DNA of 51,626 nucleotides, counting the filler, from Sphacelaria rigidula (lineage: Eukaryota): assembly GCA_964200075.2 (NCBI GenBank). It is 3 parts of 3 records of this genome, joined end to end, with 100 filler letters (N's around TTAATTAATTAA, not from the genome) between each part and the next. Parts side by side here need not be neighbours in the genome. Positions count along the whole stretch, not along the records: positions 1 to 17,146 come from CAXNAA020001156.1; positions 17,247 to 34,386 come from CAXNAA020001157.1; 1 more part is not named here. One strand, given 5' to 3'. The notes under the pieces are model-generated. The model saw nothing but the letters and a program-made list of their open reading frames with translations. It was not told the origin of the DNA and did not search any database. This document shows positions 10,344 through 19,924 of this stretch, piece after piece (the stretch's first letter is position 1; each line of letters starts with the position of its first letter). The position numbers and the translations under genes are program-made.

Positions 10344-12935
10344 TCATCTGTCGGACGCCACTCCTAGCTCCAACTTCACGCTTGAATCCTCCAGCGTCTC
10401 TACTGGTTCCGCACCAACAAACCCGCCAAGAGACCCACATACAACTGCCTGGGAACCATAGAGCCGTCCCGCATTCACACTATAACTGCTGCTGCTCGAG
10501 ATATTTTTACCACCTGCACTGCTCCAATCCCTCGAAGGGGCAGTATGCTTGCTACACTGTCCGATTCCAGCGCCATCGTGTGTAGAAGAAGGAGCTGCCG
10601 CCTCTACCTTCACTCCTGCTCCCACCCTTGGCACGGAAGACACGTGACGATTGGCCCCTGAGGGTAGCTGGCCCGAAAGCAACAGTGGTGTTACACCAAT
10701 CCGCCTGGCAACAGGGGACACACTACGTCGAGCATCAACAACGTCGCTTGTGCCAGAACTCAAGTATGGTGCGCGCTTGCGTTTTGTTCCTCGCACGCCA
10801 GCAACGCTTCCTCCACCACCCTCTATAATGCTACGAGTCGACGTGGCCTCCCCAGTGCTGAGCTCTCCTGTGTCGTACACTGTAGCTGCTTCATGCGCAG
10901 TAGGATGCTGCCGGCACAATTTTGCCTTATCACGGTTGTCGTCCTTCAGAATATCTAACTTCAAGCATCCCTCTCTGCTAGATTTGTACCTCACCACATG
11001 AACCATTCCCGCCCTGGCATGCTGCGAGCAAAACTTCGCCGTCTTGCTTCCCGCCACATCATACGACGGCTTCTTTGAGCAGCCCTCATGGTCGCATTTC
11101 TTTGTCACCACATCCACCATTCCAGCCCTGGCATACCGCGCGCAAAACTTCACGTTCTTACCTCCCGCCAAACAAAAAGATGGCGTTTTCGAGCAGCCGT
11201 CATCGTTGCATTTCTTGTTCACCACATCCACCATTCCCGCCCTGGCATGCTGAGAGCAGAACTCCGCCTTCTTGCTTCCCGCCACACCATACGATGAGCG
11301 CGTACGGCAGCCCTGGTGGCCACACTTCTTGTGTACCACATTCACCATTCCCGCCCTGGCATGCTGAGAGCAGAAGTCCGCTTTCCTGCTTCCCGCTACA
11401 CCATACGACGGCGTCTTGGAGCAGCCCTCGTCGCCACATTTCTTCCCCACCACATTCACCATCCCCGCCTTGGCATGCTGAGAGCAGAACTCCGCCTTCC
11501 TGCTTCCCGCTACACCATACGACGGCGTCTTGGAGCAGCCCTCGTCGCCGCATTTCTTTGTCACCACATCAACCATTCCCGCCCTGGCATGCTGAGAGCA
11601 AAACTCCGCCTTCTTGCTTCCTGCCACACCATACGATGGCTTTTTCAAGCAGCCCTCGTTGCCGCATTTCTTTGTCGCCACATCCACCATTCCCGGCCTG
11701 GCATGCTTGGAGCAAAACTTCGCCTTCTTGCCTCCTGCCACACCATATAACGGCGTCTTGGAGCAGCCATCATCACCGCACGTCTGGTGGACCACATGCA
11801 CCATCCCCGCCATGGCATGCTGAGAGCAGAACTCCGCCTTCTTGCTTCCTGCCACACCAAACGACGGATGCTTCGAGCAGCCCTCGTCGCCGCATTTCTT
11901 TGACACAACATTCACCATCCCCGCCCTGGCATGCTGAGAGCAGAACTCTGCCTTGCTTCCTGCCACACCATACGACGGATGCTTGGAGCAGCCCTCGTCG
12001 CCGCACTTTTTGCCCAACACGTTCACCATTCCCGCCCTGGCATGCTGAGAGCAGAACTCCGCCTTCTTGCTTCCCGCTACACCAAACGACGGCTGCTTTG
12101 AGCAGCCCTCATCGCCGCACTTTTTGTCCAACACATTCACCATTCCCGTCGTGGCATGCTTCATGCAAAACTTCGCCTTCTTGATTCCCGCTACACCATA
12201 CGACGGCTTCTTGGAGCAACCCTCGTCCCCGCACTTTTTGCCAGACACATTCACCATTCCCGTCGTGGCATGCTTCATGCAAAACTTCGCCTTCCTGCTT
12301 CCCGCTACACCATACGACGGCGTCTTGGAGCAGCCCTCGTCCCCGCATTTCTTTGTCACCACATCAACCATTCCCGCCCGGGCATGCTGAGAGCAGAACT
12401 CCGCCTTCTTGCTTCCTGCCACACCATACGACGGCTTCTTCGAGCAGCCCTCGTCGCCGCATTTCTTTGTCACCACATCAACCATTCCCGCCCTGGCATG
12501 CTGAGAGCAGAACTCCGCCTTCTTGCTTCCTGCCACACCATACGACGGCTTCTTCGAGCAGCCCTCGTCACCGCATTGCTTTGACACCACATCCACCATT
12601 CCCGGCCTGGCATGCTTGGAGCAAAACTTCGCCTTCTTGCCTCCTGCCACACCATATAACGGCGTCTTGGAGCAGCCATCATCATCGCACGTCTGGTGGA
12701 CCACATTCACCATCCCCGCCCTGGCATGCTGAGAACAGAACTCCGCCTTGCTTCCTGCCACACCATACGACGGATATTTCGAGCAGCCCTCGTCGCCGCA
12801 TTTCTTTGAGACAACATTCACCATCCCCGCCCTGGCATGCTGAGAGCAGAACTCTGCCTTGTAGCCCGGTACACCATACCATGGTCGCTTCAGGCAGCCC
12901 TCGTGTGTGCACTCTCTCCTCGCCACGCTGGCCAT
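10344..12935 (-). CDS. EsV-1-7-type cysteine-rich repeat protein (17 tandem C3H repeats plus one degenerate, basic NLS-like motif, low-complexity tail); 863 aa from the first ATG
   Basis: Uninterrupted frame 10344-12998. The listed start is GTG; the first ATG is at 12935, and a CAG at 12941-12943 could be a splice acceptor. Repeat consensus CGDEGCSKxPSYGVAGSKKAEFCSQHARAGMVxVVxKK matches the EsV-1-7 motif known from brown algae and Ectocarpus siliculosus virus-1. Confidence 0.9.
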   Translation of the reverse strand: MASVARRECTHEGCLKRPWYGVPGYKAEFCSQHARAGMVNVVSKKCGDEGCSKYPSYGVAGSKAEFCSQHARAGMVNVVHQTCDDDGCSKTPLYGVAGGKKAKFCSKHARPGMVDVVSKQCGDEGCSKKPSYGVAGSKKAEFCSQHARAGMVDVVTKKCGDEGCSKKPSYGVAGSKKAEFCSQHARAGMVDVVTKKCGDEGCSKTPSYGVAGSRKAKFCMKHATTGMVNVSGKKCGDEGCSKKPSYGVAGIKKAKFCMKHATTGMVNVLDKKCGDEGCSKQPSFGVAGSKKAEFCSQHARAGMVNVLGKKCGDEGCSKHPSYGVAGSKAEFCSQHARAGMVNVVSKKCGDEGCSKHPSFGVAGSKKAEFCSQHAMAGMVHVVHQTCGDDGCSKTPLYGVAGGKKAKFCSKHARPGMVDVATKKCGNEGCLKKPSYGVAGSKKAEFCSQHARAGMVDVVTKKCGDEGCSKTPSYGVAGSRKAEFCSQHAKAGMVNVVGKKCGDEGCSKTPSYGVAGSRKADFCSQHARAGMVNVVHKKCGHQGCRTRSSYGVAGSKKAEFCSQHARAGMVDVVNKKCNDDGCSKTPSFCLAGGKNVKFCARYARAGMVDVVTKKCDHEGCSKKPSYDVAGSKTAKFCSQHARAGMVHVVRYKSSREGCLKLDILKDDNRDKAKLCRQHPTAHEAATVYDTGELSTGEATSTRSIIEGGGGSVAGVRGTKRKRAPYLSSGTSDVVDARRSVSPVARRIGVTPLLLSGQLPSGANRHVSSVPRVGAGVKVEAAAPSSTHDGAGIGQCSKHTAPSRDWSSAGGKNISSSSSYSVNAGRLYGSQAVVCGSLGGFVGAEPVETLEDSSVKLELGVASDR
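10905..12911 (-). repeat. Coding minisatellite: 17 units of 111/114 bp plus a degenerate 18th unit
   Basis: Three 37-aa and fourteen 38-aa units span 12911-10983; the degenerate unit SSREGC..CRQH spans 10982-10905. All length differences are whole codons. Confidence 0.95.
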
Positions 12936-15546
12936 CAGTTCTGTCGCGTGCTTTTTGTTGAGGAGTAACTGCTCGCGGTAGCAAAATTGGCATAACACCG
13001 GGGGGTTCTGGTGTCAGCTCACGAGACAGAGTTGAAAAAAACACTATCGTCGAACATGAACGGGAAGGACAGGAGCTACCCGTGCTTTCTGAAATGATAC
13101 TTTACATGAACTGATCTTAGTGACTAGAACCCTACTGCCCGAGGTAATCCAAGCGAATGGGACTTCCTCACCAATACGGCAATATGGATCTGAAGCATAT
13201 ACAGCATCGATAGAGTACAAGAGGCGAATGAAAGCAAAAACCCTTGAACGCATTATACCAAGTCGTGATTCACCGGGCATGATACATGCAGTATCACAGC
13301 ATTCAGGGCCTGTAGAACACTTGCCAAACCTTTCATGAAACTGCTCTACACTGGCAGAATCCCTGACATTGTTGGAGGAGATCATATATACCTACAAGTA
13401 AGGGGAAATCGTGCTGAACTCAAAGGTGCCTGACCAGATTTCGAACTACTTGCCTGGTTTGGTCCTGTTCTATTTCACTGCTAGGAATATACACGGAAGA
13501 GGGATTACTTTTGTTCTCAACAGCGGTACACGCAACCGTCGAAAGTAAATGATATCAATATTGATACCGAAAGTGGAATGTGCACACGCGCAGAAAAGTA
13601 GGCATATCTGCCGAATCTCAATACACGCGCACATGTCTCCCATGCATGGGTGTCTTCATCCCTTTTGTCTCATCGGGTACCGTCGGAAACAAAAGTAATG
13701 TATTGCTCTGTTTTTCACCTTAACCACAAGTGAGCTCATATGTTGGGTAACCTGATATTTGTCTCAGTCACTTCTCTCTTGGACTTCACGGCTCGTATCG
13801 CGTCTACATGGTGTGCATGGTAGTACACGCTTGTCGTCGCCAGGGTCAGAGTGCCATGACAGGAAAACGCCGGAAGTTGAGCGGAGCAGAAATCTGTTGG
13901 GAGACACATCGAGGCTTCCAGTACAGTGCATTGTACATCTGTTGGACGAGTACATCACGACTATACACGGTTGGTGCAAACATTCTACATTATGCCGACA
14001 TGACCATGGTCGTCACCGTAAACATCCTTTCCCCAACAGTCCTTGTGAAAACCAACAGACGCGTGAAAAGGGTGAAGTTTTCGAAACGCACCCATATCTG
14101 ACCAAACGTTGGGGAAACGTCTTCTACACTACCAGAATATCATCACCGTTAGATGTACCTTCGAGCGTGATGAGGAATCATCCCGCCTGTGTCGGACATA
14201 CATCCTACAGTGAACATGTACTATTCTACCTACCTTGAACACATGCGTTCCAAAATGGACACGCATTTTACATATGCCGCGCAGATAAGTGCTGCATAAA
14301 TAGGAGAGCTACGCTAGTAGGGCACAAACGTTTTGAAGGGAAAAGGTGTTGTACACATGTGTGGTACATGTGCTTTCAAGTGAGGAGATGTTCTATGTTC
14401 AGTTCTGCCTAACGCGTACGGTACTGTAGTGGTGGTGGTTGGAGGTCAACTGTAAATATTTGGTGAAAGTTGACGAAAAACGTGCCTGAACGGATGGAAA
14501 GAGCCGCCGTTTATTTGCTGCTACTGTGACATCTGATTCCATTCCAAATTTTTGTGACATATTGCACTTGTTTTCCTAATCATCAAACTACATTAGACGA
14601 ATGTTCCATTACCCTTCAAGCACCCTTCAAGTGTGCACCACGCACGCCATGTGCAAAGGCGGACATGGAACCTATGAGCAGTGCGCCTACGCATGCTTGT
14701 CAAAGGTCGGGTTCTCCCGTCAAAAACTCGCAAATCCAGACCCGCCATCAAGCAAATACAGGCTGGGCCGCCAAAGTAACGGACGTTCCTTCAGCCGCTT
14801 CTAACTGACGGTCTATCGCGAGTTGTGCCTACTAGGACACATCGTGGTAATCTGCAAATCAACGCGCGCCTTTCACTTCACGTAACACTGCGATCTGAAA
14901 AGTTCCCATCAAAAGAAATAATTAACTGCAGTCAGCTGCGAAGTGTAGAGAGTTGAGGGTGGCACGTGCGGCGGAAATAGGGCGGAAAAACGACTGAAAT
15001 CGCATTTACGGTTACAATCAGTTGTGCCGCGGCCGCAAAGTGATGGTGCTGCACCAGTTGTGGTTGTACAACAAGGCATGTACTGTGGGCGCGCAGTGTC
15101 TGAGATGTCACGCAGACGAGACCTCCAGCGCGCCAAGGCGTCGCGCTGGTAAAAAACGTCAAAGTCCCGGCTGAGGTTGTACTCAAAATGCAAGTCAACC
15201 GGTTCTCGACAGAAAAACGCGATTTCACTTCCCAATTTGAAGTTGTTTTGCATGAAATTTTGACACGGTATACATACGGTATATGTGGAGCCCCTACCGT
15301 TTGCTTCTCTTCTTATTTTTTCCTTGCATGTGATTGGTGATAAAAATTTCGGAACATTTTTCTTGTTACAAAAGCGTCGATAACTCATTGAAAACAAATG
15401 TCAAGGGGGGACAATAGGGACTTCACATCATACCTCATGTGCATCGTGTCGGAATTTTTTGCAAAAATACTTGAAATTGATCATAACCGCGTTTCAATTT
15501 TTCGTGGCTGGTAATTTTCCATATAGAAAGATGTCTTGGACACGAT

Positions 15547-15837
15547 CACGCGATTTAGCAGCTGAATTTCAGGTTTTTTTCTATGAACGTTCAACACGAT
15601 GTACAGAATGTATGTGTAAAGACGCCCCCATTTGCCCCGTACATCGTTTTTTTTCTCCGTGAGTTGTCGGCGACCAAACATTCCAGAACAGTTTTGTTTC
15701 GGAACAAAGTCGTGAATAACTCCAAAAACAAATTAAATAATGTACGGGGCAAATGGGAGCGTTTTGGCACATACGGCCTGAATATTGCGTCAAAATTTCG
15801 TAGGAAACGACCCAACATTGAGCTGCTAAATAGCGTG
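15547..15837. repeat. ~290-bp imperfect foldback palindrome (MITE-like)
   Basis: The arm CACGCGATTTAGCAGCTGAAT..CCCATTTGCCCCGTACAT is mirrored by ATGTACGGGGCAAATGGG..ATTGAGCTGCTAAATAGCGTG, and weaker pairing continues towards the centre (~15692). Confidence 0.75.
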
Positions 15838-17146
15838 TTCACATCCCTGTCCGCGTCTTGGGCGGCCAAGCCTGTACAACATTTTACCCCCCATTTCGTT
15901 CATATGCGGTCCGGGGCAGCTGTGTCTTGAAAGCCGAAAAAATCCCACTAGCAGCACGACCGGTACAGGGTGCTTCAGGGCCTTGATTGAAGGGGACACG
16001 GGGTAAGGCATACTTCCGGAGCACTAGATGGTGTGCACTCGTAAGGACACGTGGGTCAAACACGATCGTTTGCAGAGACGCTTGCCAATGCCTCTCTGTG
16101 TGTGCTAACTTGTGTACTATGTTGTTCTATCGCCAACAACACATCGCTACGTTTCGTCTGGGCACGTTGAATTCGGTGAACGTTGAGTGTGCTCAATGAG
16201 ACATCGAGATGCATTGAAACAACTCATCCATGTGACGCGTGTGGCAAGCTCTCGCGTGACCATCTCTAAGCCGGGCTTGAGTCTCGAGTGACTGTCGGAG
16301 AAACGGACGGCGAAAACCTCACAGGACCCTCGTTGAACCGCTCCAAAAAGATGGACGCGTGGGGGAGGTACGAATGAAATGCCGGCCATATGAAAAACTG
16401 TCCATCACGCGTAGTACCCACTTTCATATTGTCATGTGCCTGGCAATGGCACATACAGTACACAAGGTTTGACTGTGAAAACCTCAAACCCTCACGTGTG
16501 ATATGCCCCCATCACGAAGGCGGGGTCCACGCACCACTACAATCACATGTGCCGTGTACGTACTTCGCGTGCCGATGAAGCACATCATGCTTTCAAATGT
16601 TCGGGAACATAATACCCACTCCTATTTGGTGTCTGCTCATTACCCCGTTCAAGTACCACGGCTACATGGTGAAGGTGGTACCTTCCGAAGACTATTATAG
16701 CAGCGCCGGATACTGGTGTTGGCATGTCCAGGAGATATTTCTCAATTTGTCTGCATCTACGACCATCCTATTCTTGATTGCATACTATTCTTTCCACGTA
16801 GCTCCTGTCGCGAGACATGTTTCAACTGCTATTGCGGAAATGCTGTGTCGGGGGTGGGGGTGGGGGGGCGTACTCATTTGTTGCTTGCCTTAGTCGTGTG
16901 ACCATTGACCACGCATCCCTTTCGAGACGGAGCACCGGTGCTACTCCTAATAGGGACACCTCCAACATTCCGGTGCTCTTTACGTTTCTTCCGTAGCTCA
17001 ATACGTTTTTTTTCATACATTACACAGAAACCTCTTTCATTTCTTATCCCCGTCCTGTTTCGTCGTCTCTGGCCACCATCTATCTCCTAGTATTGCCCCC
17101 GTTTTATAACTACTGTCTAATGCATCAAACGATTTCATGCCACCTT

Positions 17147-17246
17147 NNNNNNNNNNNNNNNNNNNNNNNNNNNNNNNNNNNNNNNNNNNNTTAATTAATT
17201 AANNNNNNNNNNNNNNNNNNNNNNNNNNNNNNNNNNNNNNNNNNNN
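17147..17246. other. Artificial contig linker
   Basis: 44 N + TTAATTAATTAA (stops in all frames) + 44 N. Confidence 0.98.
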
Positions 17247-17420
17247 CCCCGCCTGCAAATTCCGTAACACCAACCCGAGCGCCAAAAGAGCCGCCATGCA
17301 CAATGCCAACCACCTCGGCTTCCCTGGATCGTACCGCCGCGGCTTCGTCTTCACCGCGGACGCCCCAGGTTTTGGCTGAACACGCATGGGCTCCTCGCGC
17401 GCAGGGGGATCTCCAAACCG
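17247..17420 (-). pseudogene. Gypsy pol fragment (start of RT), related to the 1486-7340 element
   Basis: MRVQPKPGASAVKTKPRRYDPGKPRWLALCMAALLALGLVLRNLQA aligns with MSVQLKPQATVVKAKPRRYDSVKTEWLASCIAASAAFGSVVRNIQA at ~4429-4566. Confidence 0.85.
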
Positions 17421-17463
17421 TCAGAGGGTGTCGAGGTTACCAACTGAGCCACCGGGGTGACGG
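17421..17463 (-). repeat. Truncated tRNA-derived SINE-like head (A box only)
   Basis: The minus strand reads CACCCCGGTGGCTCAGTTGGTAACC (A box TGGCTCAGTTGG) and then runs into Gypsy sequence. Confidence 0.45.
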
Positions 17464-18561
17464 GAAGTGAAAATAGAGATATGAGAAAGCCTGGAGATGT
17501 AACTGGCTATTATAACGATTCGGGTCGGTTGGGTCGAGAGAAAATATCGAAGAGCGAGAAAATGAGGCTGTACGTAGGACCCCAAATGAGCCCGCATCTT
17601 GTTCAAACATGATCTAGATTATATATATATATATATTTGTCGAAAATTGTGTCGTGAACTCATTTTTTCCGATCACAGGGTACGGGCTTGAAAAGAAGTC
17701 GTGATGAATCGTGGTGATCGAGAAACCTGAAAACATCGTTTTTAATTGAGCATGTTTTGTGTAAAGTTTGATTACCATACACTAGAACCAAGACAATCAT
17801 AAGACCCTTTACGGGTTGCAAAAGTGGGGTTCGGAGCACCTTTGGCGCGAAGTCGAAATCGCGTACATTTTCGAAATATACGCTCTGCGTCACTTCTGCC
17901 TAGCCTCCGCTGCCCAGTGCCACTGTAGCCGTGTGCTTTCGTGTGAGGCAGCTGCTTGAGATTTTGCCACTATGAATAGACTGTCGAATGATTCATGTAG
18001 AGCACAGTTCGTAGTATGATGGGTTGGTGAGCTGTTGGTATGGAAAGCTTATTGCATTGAAAGTACAGCAGCAGTAGGTGCTTGTGGATGACTGTCATGA
18101 CTCAGCTCGTGCCTGCCTATCTGGGCTGCCAGACTGCCAGATAGTTGTTGTGGCAAGCTTGTCCAAACATGAGTGGAGCTTACGCAAACTTGTCGACAAT
18201 TCCATGGCTAAACAAACACCCTTTTCAAGTTTAGACGTCACATTCGGATCTTTTGGGGGCTGACAGCCCCAGGTACCAGCACGGCGTGCACCGGACGCGG
18301 TTTTGCTCAAATCGGCTCCGACATGAGTTCTACCAATGCGCACTTTCTTTGAAGATCGTAGTCACAGTGATCGCCCGAGGGACGACGGCATGGCAGCATG
18401 ACACGGAGAGTCGCCGCCACTGCCTGCAACACGGTTAAAGCTACGGTCAAATCTGGATGCATACCGCGCGCCATGTTTCTGCGATAAAATCATGAAAGCA
18501 AGTAAGCACGAAACAGGAAACACTGAACCGGACGCAGCCAGCTGAAATCGCGGGGAGAAGC

Positions 18562-18849
18562 TTTTTTTTTTCTCGTCGCCGTCCTTGGGACGAATCCATG
18601 GGTTCATGGGATGAACCTCTCCTCATCGGTAGACGCCTTGCAAATGGGTGTCGCAAATTGGATCAGCACTCCCGCACCGCGTCGACTCGCGTAAAGAAAT
18701 CCCCTTGTAACTCAGGTTCTCACGTTTACAACGACGGAAAACAGATAGTGATCCGGTTAAGAAGAAAACTCAAGTGTATCTACCAGGAATCGAACCCGTG
18801 TCATCATGACCGAAGTAGCGTCAATGGTACCAGGTAGACCACCGGGGCG
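18562..18849 (-). mobile_element. tRNA-derived SINE-like element
   Basis: The minus strand has GCCCCGGTGGTCTACCTGG (A box), GGGTTCGATTCC (B box), no acceptor stem, a body shared with 43699-44005 and 48600-48665, and an A10 tail at 18562-18571. Confidence 0.6.
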
Positions 18850-19924
18850 CGGCGGCTGTTCCATATAAACGTGAACTTTCCCTCATGCCTCGAGGCGGGT
18901 TCCAAAATATTCTGACTTTCATTGTACAGTAGTCATCCTACGGTTCACTTAAGGGGCCTGGTATCAAGAAATAGTTGAATATATCAACGCCCATGAAATC
19001 TGTTTGAGGTTTTGTCGAATGACAGGACTGAGCAAGTTTTCGGAGGGTGTTTCTTCATGTAACTGAACGCAAAATCGACATAATTTGTCGGGTCTTGTCT
19101 TCACACAAATTTTGGTTAAATGGTTTCTGAGCCGAGTCAACTAATTTTTTGTTCTGGGCAGGTCTGGGCGCACACAGAATATTGACCGAACTAATGGCCA
19201 TAAAACTCGACCGAACAAGGTAATACAGGACCTAGCTCACGTTGCATAGGGAGTGGTCATTCGAAGTTCTACGGGCCCATGCAATGCAGAGGATCCTTGG
19301 TTACCAGCACATGTGAAGCGCCCAAGCACAGGCGCACTTGATCCAACGATACTGTCACCTTTTCTGAGCCACATAGGATAAGCTGGAGTTCACAGAGTCT
19401 GTTCAGCAGATGATGAGGAACATTGAGACCCGCGAAAGTCAACATGTGAAAGGACGTATCCGCGCAGACGTTTCCTTGCTTGACTGTGTCACGGCTACTG
19501 AATATATCGATTTTCATTCAGTTCTTGATGGATCCAACCCCACAAAAGTACACCGTGCTCAGTCAAGTAAACAAGACCTACATTTCAGTCTGGGTGTCGT
19601 TAAATCGGAAGCAGTCGATGCTCACACGGCTTAGGTTCAATGAGATGCATCCTCGATTCATGTTTATAGCCACACTACTGGGTCACTGCAAATCCGCCAT
19701 GTACCCTTTGTGTATCCGTTTGCGGGTCTAATCACCCTTTTTGATATGTGAGGAAGAGTCTGGCATTCCCACATACATCTTGGTAAATGATGAGTGAGGT
19801 TTTCGAGTCCCCCAATGAACGATCCACTAGGATTTTTCCCCCTCACTCGGACAATCAACACCGAATTATCGGGACGACCTACTAAGATTGACTTGATATT
19901 AAAAGTTGGGCTTCAGGGTAGAAA

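Noticed and set aside
10983-12911. Regular 114-bp repeats as a CRISPR array
   Set aside because: The units are contiguous, codon-phased protein repeats without unique spacers; there are no cas genes and the context is eukaryotic.
10344-12935. Integrated giant virus inferred from the EsV-1-7 gene
   Set aside because: No viral core genes or gene-dense region is nearby; the flanks are ordinary host repeats and the family is known to be host-encoded in brown algae.
11044-12961. Long + strand and alternative-frame ORFs (e.g. 11075-12184, 12353-12961)
   Set aside because: They are shadows of the repeated minus-strand CDS, with periodic low-complexity translations.
12936-12998. ORF-track start at 12998
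   Set aside because: The codon is GTG. In a eukaryote the ATG at 12935 or splicing at the CAG at 12941-12943 is more plausible.
17191-17202. TTAATTAATTAA as a piggyBac target or regulatory site
   Set aside because: It is centred in N runs and repeated identically at 34431-34442, so it is an assembly linker.
18776-18849. tRNA gene
   Set aside because: A and B boxes are present but the acceptor stem cannot pair, and it continues into a repeated body and A-tail, which fits a SINE.
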